Source: Promethearchaeota archaeon (GTDB taxonomy: Archaea; Asgardarchaeota; Lokiarchaeia; Sigyniarchaeales; SOKP01). Taken from it: DNA of 64,000 nt. Where the stretch lies: contig JBHLMQ010000001.1 of NCBI GenBank assembly GCA_048938005.1, positions 32,001 through 96,000 on the forward strand, written 5' to 3'. The notes beneath the pieces are model-generated. The model made no database searches. It saw only the letters and a program-made list of their open reading frames with translations, and was not told the origin of the DNA. A program made the position numbers and the translations under genes. Positions 10,787 to 20,568 of the stretch are shown here, in pieces (position 1 is the stretch's first letter; every line of letters starts with the position of its first letter).

Positions 10787-12244
10787 TTGGGAAAAAAACA
10801 GCCATTACGGATGGAAAGTAAAGTAAAAGAGTTTGAGGATAATAAACGTCGAAGATCCTTAGGAGTTCATTTAACTTCGAGAGATATTTTTTTAAAATAT
10901 ATATTTCCCGAAATACAAGAGAAGCTATGGAATTACGCTTGGATTGATTTATATGCTGGAGAAGGAAATTTAATTTTACCTGTTTTGAACTCAATTTCTA
11001 CTGAGAATAGAATTCAATTTTTTAAAGAACATATATATTTATTTGATATTCAACCAGAAATGGTGCAAAAATGCATTAATAATGCTAAAAATTATGAAAT
11101 ACCTTCAGAAATAGCCGAAAAGAATATTCAACTACGAGATAATTTAGAGAGTTTTCCTACATTTTTAAATAACTTGCACTACCCATTATTTCATATAACA
11201 AATCCACCATACCTTTATTTAGGATATATAAGAAAGCATAAAGATACTCAGAAATATTCAAAATTTTTTAAAGGTAAAAATGATGGTTATCAAGATTTAT
11301 ACCAAATTGCTATGATCAATGATTTGAGAAATGAGATTGAAAATATGATTTATATTATTCCTTCAAACTTCTTATTTGGTGCTTCTGTTTCAAATAAATT
11401 CCGTCAGGATTTTCTCAAATATTATATTATTGCTAAAATGATAATCTTTGAAATAAAGGTATTCGAATACACAGGAACAAACATCTGTATTGGTTTCTTT
11501 AAGAGGAAACAAGAGCCTAAAACTGAAAAAGTAGAATTTAAGGGTATTAAAATAAAAAGACAAGATAGAAAACTTGAAAAGAGATATATTCTTAAACCAG
11601 AATTTAAATATAGAGCTGGTTCTGAATTCGATGAGTTTCTTAAAGAATACCTTGTTCAAAAACCCGTGAAAGTAAACTATTATCTATTAAAAGGTGATGT
11701 TTTAAAAAATGAAGGTGATAATGAGATTAAGGTTATCGATGCTAATAATTATCAAAATAATGAATATAAGAAGATTATTCTCAATATTAATGATAAATTA
11801 AAAGAAAAAATTGAATCTAACATTTTATATGTTAGGACTGTTGATACGGGATCTTATGATGGTAGGGTTGGATTAAGAATTATTACTGAAGATTTTGGAG
11901 TTGATGCTGTATATGTTTCGGGGAATACGTATAGAACTCATCCAATTCAAATTTTTTTGGAACCAATAATTACTCAAAGTGATCAAAAATTGTTAAAAAT
12001 CTACTTTAATTTTGTATTAGAAAAGTTTAGAGAAAAGTTAGACAGTGAATTTCTAACAACATATAAATATTCTGATGCAGAGTATACAAGAAAATATTTG
12101 GGATTAACTCAAGTAAGATCCTTAATAGAAACATTCCCTATTACAAATATGAATTCAGATGATAAAGCTATCTTATATGATTTAATAAATAATAAGGATT
12201 TTGATGATTTAATTTTGTTTTTAAAAAAATTCAAAAAAAAATAA
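10787..12244 (+). CDS. N6-adenine DNA methyltransferase (gamma-type), orphan
   Basis: SLGVHLT, motif I DLYAGEGNL, motif IV ITNPPY, IIPSNFL. Confidence 0.8.
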   Translation: MGKKQPLRMESKVKEFEDNKRRRSLGVHLTSRDIFLKYIFPEIQEKLWNYAWIDLYAGEGNLILPVLNSISTENRIQFFKEHIYLFDIQPEMVQKCINNAKNYEIPSEIAEKNIQLRDNLESFPTFLNNLHYPLFHITNPPYLYLGYIRKHKDTQKYSKFFKGKNDGYQDLYQIAMINDLRNEIENMIYIIPSNFLFGASVSNKFRQDFLKYYIIAKMIIFEIKVFEYTGTNICIGFFKRKQEPKTEKVEFKGIKIKRQDRKLEKRYILKPEFKYRAGSEFDEFLKEYLVQKPVKVNYYLLKGDVLKNEGDNEIKVIDANNYQNNEYKKIILNINDKLKEKIESNILYVRTVDTGSYDGRVGLRIITEDFGVDAVYVSGNTYRTHPIQIFLEPIITQSDQKLLKIYFNFVLEKFREKLDSEFLTTYKYSDAEYTRKYLGLTQVRSLIETFPITNMNSDDKAILYDLINNKDFDDLILFLKKFKKK

Positions 12245-12256
12245 GATTAAATATTT

Positions 12257-13147
12257 TTAAAATTCAATACTAGCAAAAATAATCGCAATTAGCCCCAAAA
12301 ACATCCCTATTTTTAATAATAAACTTATTTTTGAGAAATCTTTTTTATCCAAATTCTTTTTAGGCATTAATATAGCAGCATAAAATACTACTACTATACC
12401 AAAAATCATAGAAATTGAAAAAGCTAATGGATTTATTAATTCTGTGAATGCTGCTAGTATGAAAAATAGTATAGATAAAAATGCGCAAATCATAGAGATA
12501 TAAGGAGTTCTTTTTAACCCTATTTTAATAGCTAAAGTATTTACACCTAGTTTTTTATCACCCTCAATATCTTCACAGCCTTTTATAATTTCACGAGATA
12601 ATAACCCAAAAATACTATTTAAAAAGAAGAGATAAATATAGAGAGGAATAATTGAGCTATTTAAAATTGCTCCATATATAAAACCAATAGAAAAAGATAC
12701 ACTGACAATTATGTTTCCCAAAAAACCGCTTCTTTTTCCCCATTTTGCATATACCCATCCCATAAAACCAAAAAAAGCAGCAATAATTACATTTAAAAAC
12801 AATAAATTGAAAAAAAGACTGTGAATTAGACTGTGAATAATAGAAATAGTTATTCCTAAAATAAAAACTCCAGCAAATATGTATTTTGCTTGTTGTAAAG
12901 TTATTGCTCCTCGAGGAATTGGTCTTTCGGGTCTATTTATCTTATCAATATCAACATCATAAATATCATTTATTACCATTCCTGAACCAGCAATAAAAAA
13001 GTAGGTCAGTGCTCCAAGAATTATATTTATAATGATTCTTTCAAAACTAATTCCAGTTCGAGTAACTAAAACTGTAATAATAACTGTGAGACTTCCCATT
13101 ATATCGTTAATTGGTCGAAGAATCTCGATAGCATCTTTAAATTTCAT
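12257..13147 (-). CDS. Digeranylgeranylglyceryl phosphate synthase (UbiA family)
   Basis: NDIYDVDIDKINRPERPIPRG and REIIKGCEDIEGD motifs; directly downstream of GGGPS. Confidence 0.9.
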   Translation of the reverse strand: MKFKDAIEILRPINDIMGSLTVIITVLVTRTGISFERIIINIILGALTYFFIAGSGMVINDIYDVDIDKINRPERPIPRGAITLQQAKYIFAGVFILGITISIIHSLIHSLFFNLLFLNVIIAAFFGFMGWVYAKWGKRSGFLGNIIVSVSFSIGFIYGAILNSSIIPLYIYLFFLNSIFGLLSREIIKGCEDIEGDKKLGVNTLAIKIGLKRTPYISMICAFLSILFFILAAFTELINPLAFSISMIFGIVVVFYAAILMPKKNLDKKDFSKISLLLKIGMFLGLIAIIFASIEF

Positions 13148-13163
13148 GATAAACCTCCATACT

Positions 13164-13991
13164 TTATTTCATGGAAAAATTTTTTTTCTGAGTTTTCCCA
13201 GTGTCTTTAATTTCATCAATGATAACTTTTAATGAGTTCCCATTATCTTTTAGAACATTATTTTCGATGAAAGTTCCTTGTACTATCGCGTCCGCCCCAG
13301 CTTCCACAAATGCTCTGGCATCTTCTTTATTATCGATACCTCCTCCAGCAATTATAGGAATATTTAAGATGGTTGAGCATGTTTTTATATGTTCTGTTGG
13401 AATTTTTTCACTGCCAGAACCAGCCTCTAGATATACAATTTTGAAGCCAAACATTTCTGCCGCTAAAGCATAAGCCGCTGTCAATTTAGGTTTTTTTCTA
13501 GGCAATAATTTCGCATTTCCGATCCATCCAGCGCTCCCTCCAGGCTCTATTACTAAATATGCCATCGAAATGTATTCTAAGTTATAAGATTTAATTGTAT
13601 ATGAAGCAAGGGCTTGTCGACCAACTATAGAATAAGGATCAGATGAGTTCAATAAAGACATGAAAAAAATCGCATCAGCATTTTGGGAAATATTACTAAT
13701 ATCTCCGGGGAATATAATAATCGGAACCTGTACTTTATCTTTTATTGCTACTATTGTTTTATCTACATAACTTTGATCAAATACAGTACTTCCTCCAATT
13801 AAAATAGCATCGGTTCCAGCATCTTCCGCAAATTTTGCCATCTTTGAGGCTTTATTGACACCTTGTCTTAATGGATCTGGATCTATTAAAGAGAAATGCA
13901 GAGCTCCTTCATTATTAATTTTTTTGATTATATATTCATAAGTGCTTTTTTCAATATACTCATCAATTACAATATCAACCATATCTTTCAC
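13164..13991 (-). CDS. Geranylgeranylglyceryl phosphate synthase (PcrB family)
   Basis: SLIDPD, DAILIGGS, ADAIFFMSLLNS and VYLEAGSG motifs. Confidence 0.92.
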   Translation of the reverse strand: MKDMVDIVIDEYIEKSTYEYIIKKINNEGALHFSLIDPDPLRQGVNKASKMAKFAEDAGTDAILIGGSTVFDQSYVDKTIVAIKDKVQVPIIIFPGDISNISQNADAIFFMSLLNSSDPYSIVGRQALASYTIKSYNLEYISMAYLVIEPGGSAGWIGNAKLLPRKKPKLTAAYALAAEMFGFKIVYLEAGSGSEKIPTEHIKTCSTILNIPIIAGGGIDNKEDARAFVEAGADAIVQGTFIENNVLKDNGNSLKVIIDEIKDTGKTQKKNFSMK

Positions 13992-14001
13992 ATCTTAAGA
14001 T

Positions 14002-15396
14002 TTATTTATTTGTTTTTTTATTAACAATCAGTTTCTTAATTTTATCATAAATTCCAATAACATTTGCTTTCCAACCTGAAAAATATTCTAATTTTTCTGG
14101 GAAGCTTTTATATAATTTAGAGATCTCTTTCATTCTTATTCTTAGATAATTTAAATCCAATAATAAATTCGGTCGAGAAATTCCTTTAAAAGCTTTTACT
14201 GCCATGTTAACTAAAGATAGATTTAATTCACCTGTTGATGATATTTCTAAGATTTCATCTCCAGTTAACAAATCACGTTCCAAGCCAAAATTTAAATCTT
14301 CATTTGAAAGAGATTGAAGTACAATTCTTAATAGATCTAATGAAGCAAATTCAGCGCCAAAACTTGTCATTACTTTATAATTATAATCCCATAATATATT
14401 AATTGAAAAATCATCATTGTGAATGGCATTAATCGCAGAGTTAGCTGCGTGAAATCCCGCCCTCATGGATGGGTCAATCCCACCACCATGAAGAGGATTC
14501 ACTTGGCAAGCAGCATCTCCAACAAATATGATTCCATTATCGGCACATGACCATAAAGGCCTTCTTACCGGAACCACACCCCCTCCAGAGGATAAAATTT
14601 CAAATTTTGAAGTTTTAATAAACTCTTGAAATACATTTTTTTGATAAAGATCTTTTACTTTACCCTTATAATCCATAAAAGTTCCTATTCCAATATTAAG
14701 AGAAGATTTATTCTTAGGAAAATACCATATATATCCTCCTGGAGCTTTTTCTTGATCAAGGATAATTGATATATACTCAGGATCATCAACTTGTTGATCT
14801 TTTGGAGAAAATTTCACAATTTCTCGATAACATAATATACTGTCTTCTTTTAGAATATCTTTTTCAATTAAGGAGCTTTTAATATTTTTTCTTAAAGGAG
14901 AATAAAAACCACTGGCATCAATTAAGATTTTAGTATTAAGATCTGCTTTTTCTCCATTCTCTAATTTTACTTGAAGCCCTTTGACAGTTCCATTTTTGTA
15001 AAGTAGATTTAAAGCCATAGTTTTATCTAAAAATTGTTTCACACCAGCATCGAGAGCTTCATTCAATAATCTTTGTCCAAATTCTAATCTATTTACGATG
15101 TATCCCGCTTGTTTTGGATCAAATAAAGTAATACATTTCTTAAGATTTGGAGAATATAGTTTTGCTCCCTTTATATAACAAGATAACTCTTCATCTTTTG
15201 GATGATTTATGCCAAGAAAATCAAATATATCGCTCCCAACAGCATCACCACATATTTTATCTCCAATTTTAGATTTTTCCTTCCTATCAATCAAACATAC
15301 ATTTAATCCTTTTTTTGCTGCAAATCTTGCAGCAGTGGTTCCTCCTGTCCCAGCCCCGACAACAATTACATCAAAGGTTTTCTTTATATGCTCCAT
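14002..15396 (-). CDS. Geranylgeranyl reductase family flavoprotein
   Basis: VVGAGTGG, KICGDA, PGGYIWYFPK and GDAACQVNPLHGGGI motifs. Confidence 0.9.
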   Translation of the reverse strand: MEHIKKTFDVIVVGAGTGGTTAARFAAKKGLNVCLIDRKEKSKIGDKICGDAVGSDIFDFLGINHPKDEELSCYIKGAKLYSPNLKKCITLFDPKQAGYIVNRLEFGQRLLNEALDAGVKQFLDKTMALNLLYKNGTVKGLQVKLENGEKADLNTKILIDASGFYSPLRKNIKSSLIEKDILKEDSILCYREIVKFSPKDQQVDDPEYISIILDQEKAPGGYIWYFPKNKSSLNIGIGTFMDYKGKVKDLYQKNVFQEFIKTSKFEILSSGGGVVPVRRPLWSCADNGIIFVGDAACQVNPLHGGGIDPSMRAGFHAANSAINAIHNDDFSINILWDYNYKVMTSFGAEFASLDLLRIVLQSLSNEDLNFGLERDLLTGDEILEISSTGELNLSLVNMAVKAFKGISRPNLLLDLNYLRIRMKEISKLYKSFPEKLEYFSGWKANVIGIYDKIKKLIVNKKTNK

Positions 15397-15453
15397 GACA
15401 AGTTTACTTAAAATTTAATAAATATTGGAAATTTAATATAAAATTAAATAATA

Positions 15454-16203
15454 TTAGATGAGTGTTAAAAGGTAAATAATTAATGTACTGCCTATTGGAA
15501 CTGTTAAATCATCATAAGTGCTTGGAGAAATTAGTTCAATTATCATAGCAATTGCACTCGTAATTAATGAATATATTATAATAGTAATTAAAGGTAATGG
15601 TGTTTGAAGGCTAGGGATTAGTGTACCAAATAGGAAAAACGAGAGAAAACATAATAAGAATGCAGTTATAAAAAAAGTTAAAGATCCCTCAAGTGTTCTT
15701 TTTGAATTTGTCCAAGGTAGGCTTATACCGATCTTTCCCCAACGTTTTCCTATTACTGAAGCTAAGGTATCAGCAACTATCATTAATAAAACACCCGCTA
15801 TTGGAAAGTAAAATTGATCCGGAGCAAATATACCAAAAATTAAAACTAAAAATGTAATAGAAATGCAATAAAAGAAAGGACCTTGAAGATATGCTCTATT
15901 TAAGCGATCTTCTTGTTCTTCAGATATTGCATCGTATAAATCTTTTAGTTGCTTCACTTTTGACTCTTTTGAGCTAAAATATACAAATACAGTTAAAGTA
16001 CCCGCAATTATAGTAGGCCAAAATGGCCAAAAGTAAAACGGGGATGATAAGATTGCTAATCCTGCAAACATATGCACTGCTTTTCTTGCTGAGAATTTCG
16101 TTATTTTTTGTTTTTTATATAATATTAATGGGATAAAAATCGTTAAAAGAACGTATAAGTATGTAATTCCAGCAATTCCAAGATCAATGAAGATTATACT
16201 CAT
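15454..16203 (-). CDS. CTP-dependent polyprenol/phytol/dolichol kinase family membrane protein
   Basis: ARKAVH, GPFFY, ADTLASVIGKRWG, KRTLEGS and DDLTVP motifs. Confidence 0.8.
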   Translation of the reverse strand: MSIIFIDLGIAGITYLYVLLTIFIPLILYKKQKITKFSARKAVHMFAGLAILSSPFYFWPFWPTIIAGTLTVFVYFSSKESKVKQLKDLYDAISEEQEDRLNRAYLQGPFFYCISITFLVLIFGIFAPDQFYFPIAGVLLMIVADTLASVIGKRWGKIGISLPWTNSKRTLEGSLTFFITAFLLCFLSFFLFGTLIPSLQTPLPLITIIIYSLITSAIAMIIELISPSTYDDLTVPIGSTLIIYLLTLI

Positions 16204-16447
16204 TTCAGTATCAATTAGTTCAATTAATAAACCACAAAAGTATTCTTACTTTAAAGACTTTATTAACAGGGATGATTTTATTACAAATAAGAATATGAGA
16301 TGTCTTATAATGGAGGTTGTGGTGGTACTATAAGTAAATCTGAAATTTTCTTAAAACTTTTATGTTAATTAGAATTTCAATTTTAAAGTAAATAGAATAA
16401 TGTAGTTTTATGTACATAAACGTAAAAGATATTTAATATTAATAAAG

Positions 16448-19123
16448 ATGTCAAAAAAATCATTTGGCTCAGGATATTTTGGTGAATGGATTGAAGATGA
16501 ATTTGGATTGCCCGCTTACCGTTATACATGTGATCAAATTAATGATCCTAAAGCAATTACGCCCATGAATGAAGTTTGGCATTCTAAAACTAATCACTGG
16601 CATCAAGTAGGTAATGATCGATTAGTCGCTGTAGCATCTAATTATGGGTATGTCCAAGTTAGACAAGATGAAGGAGGTCCAAAATTTCTTAATGTATATG
16701 ATCCTCAATATGGCCATTATGCTGGAGGATTTGGGTATTTAACCGATGGAGAAGTTATAATTAGCACTTTTTATACTGGAAATGATTCATCATTCGAAAG
16801 GATATTTGGAGTAGGATATTATCGAAAAACAGTTGAAGATAATGGATACAAATTGGATCAAGTGATTTACGCTCCATATGGAGATGACCCAATTCTAATA
16901 TCCCAAGTTACCATTACTAATAACCGTGAAGTGGCAGTTGATCTAAGTTGGGTCGAATATTGGGGTTGTTTTATGTATCAGTTTTCATTCTTATCTTTTG
17001 GTATCGGATTGAAAGAAAAAGATCAATCAATTACTAGAAAACTCAGACGAGAGTTTAGTGAAAAATTTAAACATAAATTCAACATTATTTGTGAAGGTAA
17101 AGGACTCCTAGAATCAAAATATATTGAGTCTGATAATAAAGATAAAAGTAAAAAAACTCGAGCTAAAAAACCAGCATATGATGATAAAGACCCTCCATCG
17201 ACATTTTTAATTTCTCTTGACGATATTGTAGATGGGTTAAGCACAAATGAATTATTGTTCTTTGCTAATGGAGATTTAGAATCTCCTAAAGGAATAACAA
17301 CTGCATTTAATTCAAAAGAGACATTGTCTAATAATGGAAATGCGATGTTTATTAAACGGAAAATTCATTTAAATCCTTCTGAGAGTCAAACTTTATTCTT
17401 TGCCTTTGGATATCTTCCAGAGGGTTTTGAATTCAACTCTCTTCTGAACAAATACAAAAAAGATAAATCTGAATTATGGAGAAAATCAAGTGAATCTTGG
17501 AAAAAGAAAATTATGGTACTAAACATTCCTGAGGAGCCTTGGATAAATAGAGAACTAAAATGGCACAATTATTATTTACGTAGTGCAATGACGTATGATA
17601 GCTTCTTTCAAGAACATATTCTTTCACAAGGATTAATATATCAATATATAATGGGTTTTCAGGGTGCTATACGTGATCCTTTACAACATGTTAAGCCATT
17701 TTTATATATTCAACCAGAAATTGTGAAAGAAGTTCTCAGATACTCACTAAAAGAAGTGCGGGAGGATGGAGAAATACCATATTCTATTATAGGTTTTGGT
17801 ATGACATTCGACTGGGTAAAAGCAAGTGATTTCGAATTATGGCTTCTATGGTTAGCTAGTGAATATGTTCTCATAACTAGAGATGCGAGCTTTCTTGACG
17901 AGGAAATTTCTACTTATCCTCTTTATGGTAGAAAAGCGGGAAAATCATATGTGCGAGAATTGCTGTATCGATGTTATATACATTTTACTGAAATAACTGG
18001 AACAGGACGCCATGGAATTCAACGATTATCTGCTGGTGATTGGAATGATACAATTTTATTAGGATTAGTTCCAAATGAGAAATTAAGCGAGGTTCGAAAA
18101 AATGGAGAAAGTGTTTTAAATTCGGCTATGGCTACTTATACTCTTAGGTTTTATGCTGAGATGTTAAATTTTATTGGCGAAAACAGTGTAGCTGACCAGG
18201 TTTTGAAATATGCTACAATTCAATGTGAAGCTGTTCGTGCTCAATGGACAGGTAAATGGTTTAAACGTGCGTGGATAGCAGAAGATATAGGATGGTTTGG
18301 AGAAGATCAAATGTGGTTAGAGCCTCAACCGTGGTCAATTATAGGGAAAATAACAAATCAAGAACAGGCAAAAATATTAGTTCAAAATATAAATCAGCTA
18401 TTACGGATTCCATCAAAAATTGGCACTATGCTACATAGTAAAGGATTTGAAGGTAAAATAATAGGCATGGGAGCAAATGCAGGTATTTGGTATTCTCTTA
18501 ATGGAACTTTGATTTGGGCGTTATCCAAAGTGGATGGAAGTATGGCATGGGATGAATGGAAAAAAAATACACTTTCGATTCATGCTGAAAATTATCCAGA
18601 TATATGGTATGGAATATGGAGTGGTCCAGATACATATAATTCTGTTTTATCTAAGTATCCAGGTCATACTGTTTTTAATCCATTCTATCTTACAGGAAAT
18701 CTGAGAGATCAGTCGAAAATTCTTACATCTGTAGGTCTAAACTTAACAGATTTCCCTATTATGAATCTTCATAGCCATGCGTGGCCAATATATAATACTA
18801 TACACTTGATAGGGGTAGAATTTACTGCTGAAGGTGTAGAAATATCACCGATTTTACCCAAAAAAGAATATGATTTTTCTTCCCCAATATTAGGATTTAA
18901 AAAATCAAATGACGGATATTCTGGATGGTACGCTCCGCTTGTTGAAGGTGAATGGAAAATTGTACTGAAATTAAATAAAGAAGAAATCGTAAAAATTGCC
19001 TTCTTGGAATTAAATGGTAAAATAGAAGATTTTAATATTGAAGAGGATAAAATAATTTGGAAAGGAAGGAGTAGACCAAATAAACCTTTAAATTGGAAGT
19101 TAATTTACAATTTAAACATTTGA
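16448..19123 (+). CDS. GH94-like glycoside phosphorylase/hydrolase
   Basis: RDPLQH, catalytic GDWND, GESVLN; beta-sandwich plus (alpha/alpha)6 size. Confidence 0.75.
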   Translation: MSKKSFGSGYFGEWIEDEFGLPAYRYTCDQINDPKAITPMNEVWHSKTNHWHQVGNDRLVAVASNYGYVQVRQDEGGPKFLNVYDPQYGHYAGGFGYLTDGEVIISTFYTGNDSSFERIFGVGYYRKTVEDNGYKLDQVIYAPYGDDPILISQVTITNNREVAVDLSWVEYWGCFMYQFSFLSFGIGLKEKDQSITRKLRREFSEKFKHKFNIICEGKGLLESKYIESDNKDKSKKTRAKKPAYDDKDPPSTFLISLDDIVDGLSTNELLFFANGDLESPKGITTAFNSKETLSNNGNAMFIKRKIHLNPSESQTLFFAFGYLPEGFEFNSLLNKYKKDKSELWRKSSESWKKKIMVLNIPEEPWINRELKWHNYYLRSAMTYDSFFQEHILSQGLIYQYIMGFQGAIRDPLQHVKPFLYIQPEIVKEVLRYSLKEVREDGEIPYSIIGFGMTFDWVKASDFELWLLWLASEYVLITRDASFLDEEISTYPLYGRKAGKSYVRELLYRCYIHFTEITGTGRHGIQRLSAGDWNDTILLGLVPNEKLSEVRKNGESVLNSAMATYTLRFYAEMLNFIGENSVADQVLKYATIQCEAVRAQWTGKWFKRAWIAEDIGWFGEDQMWLEPQPWSIIGKITNQEQAKILVQNINQLLRIPSKIGTMLHSKGFEGKIIGMGANAGIWYSLNGTLIWALSKVDGSMAWDEWKKNTLSIHAENYPDIWYGIWSGPDTYNSVLSKYPGHTVFNPFYLTGNLRDQSKILTSVGLNLTDFPIMNLHSHAWPIYNTIHLIGVEFTAEGVEISPILPKKEYDFSSPILGFKKSNDGYSGWYAPLVEGEWKIVLKLNKEEIVKIAFLELNGKIEDFNIEEDKIIWKGRSRPNKPLNWKLIYNLNI

Positions 19124-19134
19124 GGTAAAAATAA

Positions 19135-19278
19135 ATGAAAAAAATTGAATTTCCTAGTGGTTTTATTCGGGATTGTGCTACGTCCAGTTATCAAATAGAA
19201 GGAGCATGGCAAGAGGTTGGAAAAGGTGAAAGTATTTGGGATGATGTCTATCACAATACTAAAATAATTAAAAAATAG
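19135..19278 (+). pseudogene. Truncated GH1 beta-glucosidase remnant
   Basis: [37 protein letters not shown]... is the GH1 N-terminal signature with WG changed to RD. It stops after 47 aa. A GAGGT SD-like motif lies upstream. Confidence 0.85.
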
Positions 19279-19313
19279 GGATCTTTATTTTATATTCATG
19301 GTTTTTTAAGCTG

Positions 19314-20519
19314 TCATCTCATACAACAATTTTTGAATTTCTTTCCACTCCCGCAAGGGCATGGTGAATTACGACCAATTTTATTCGATTTAATTTGATT
19401 TGTTGATGTAATTTCTTTTCCACTTCTTACCTTATCTGCTAAAATTTTAAATCGCGGTAGTGCGTGTGTAAAAAACTTTTTCCAGCCTTTACATAAAACA
19501 CTTAACATTTTTGAGTTTTTAAAACTTCCAATACGGAATTTTTGGCAATCTCCATGGCATAGATTAATGAAATGACACGAGTCACAGTTCTTATGCCATT
19601 TAGATTTTTTTTGGCCAAATCTAAGATAAATTGGGGATTTAAGAATATCTTCCCATTTATCTACAAGTACATTTCCTAATAATAGATCCTCCCGAACAAA
19701 AAAATCACAAGGATAAATACTTCCATCATATTCAATTACAAAATATTGGCAGCAATCTTTTCCCATATGACATACGTTATAACCTCCATATATTAAGTAC
19801 TCTAAAATTGAATCAAAAAGGCGTATAGAAATTCGATTTATGTCTTCTTTTATCCATTGATCAAATATGTCGCAGAGAAAATCTCCCCATTCTTCTCCCG
19901 TTATTGAAAAGGACTTCGGATTATTATTATCATCAATTTCAACACATGGGATATATTGGTGATAATTAAAACCTTGATCTCGTAAATAAGAGTATATTTC
20001 ATTCGCCTTCTTTACATTTTCATTGTTTACTAGAATTAAAATATTGAATTCAACTTTATTATTTTTTAAATGCTCAATGCCATGCATAACTAAATTATGA
20101 GTTGGTTTTTGGCCTATAGTTTTCCTATAATGATCATGTAGATATCCTGGTCCATCAAGACTTACTCCAAGGAGGAACTTGTATTCTGCAAAAAATCTTG
20201 CTAAATCATCTGTAATAAGAGTACCATTTGTTTGTAGCCCATTACTTATGACTGCTCCGGAGGGAGCATATTGTTTTTGAAGGTTTACCACCTTTTCCCA
20301 AAATTTCAAACCTAGCAATGTAGGTTCTCCTCCCTGCCAGCCAAAAGCATATCTATTACTTTGGTTTGTTTTCATATAGCTAGATATCATTGTTTCTAAA
20401 ACCCTATCTGACATTCTAGGTTTATTCTCTACTTTTTCTAGATGATTAATATAAAAGCAGTAATCACATCTAAGATTACAATCTGCTGAAACAGGTTTTA
20501 TTAATAATGAGAAAGTCAT
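19314..20519 (-). CDS. Anaerobic sulfatase maturase (radical SAM/SPASM) with C-terminal SEC-C motif
   Basis: CNLRCDYC, WQGGEPTL, YPCDFF and GRNSPCPCGSGKKFKNCC motifs. Confidence 0.93.
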   Translation of the reverse strand: MTFSLLIKPVSADCNLRCDYCFYINHLEKVENKPRMSDRVLETMISSYMKTNQSNRYAFGWQGGEPTLLGLKFWEKVVNLQKQYAPSGAVISNGLQTNGTLITDDLARFFAEYKFLLGVSLDGPGYLHDHYRKTIGQKPTHNLVMHGIEHLKNNKVEFNILILVNNENVKKANEIYSYLRDQGFNYHQYIPCVEIDDNNNPKSFSITGEEWGDFLCDIFDQWIKEDINRISIRLFDSILEYLIYGGYNVCHMGKDCCQYFVIEYDGSIYPCDFFVREDLLLGNVLVDKWEDILKSPIYLRFGQKKSKWHKNCDSCHFINLCHGDCQKFRIGSFKNSKMLSVLCKGWKKFFTHALPRFKILADKVRSGKEITSTNQIKSNKIGRNSPCPCGSGKKFKNCCMR

Positions 20520-20568
20520 TTAAAAACTATGATTTTTAGTAAAACAATTGATAAAAAGTTTTTTTGTG

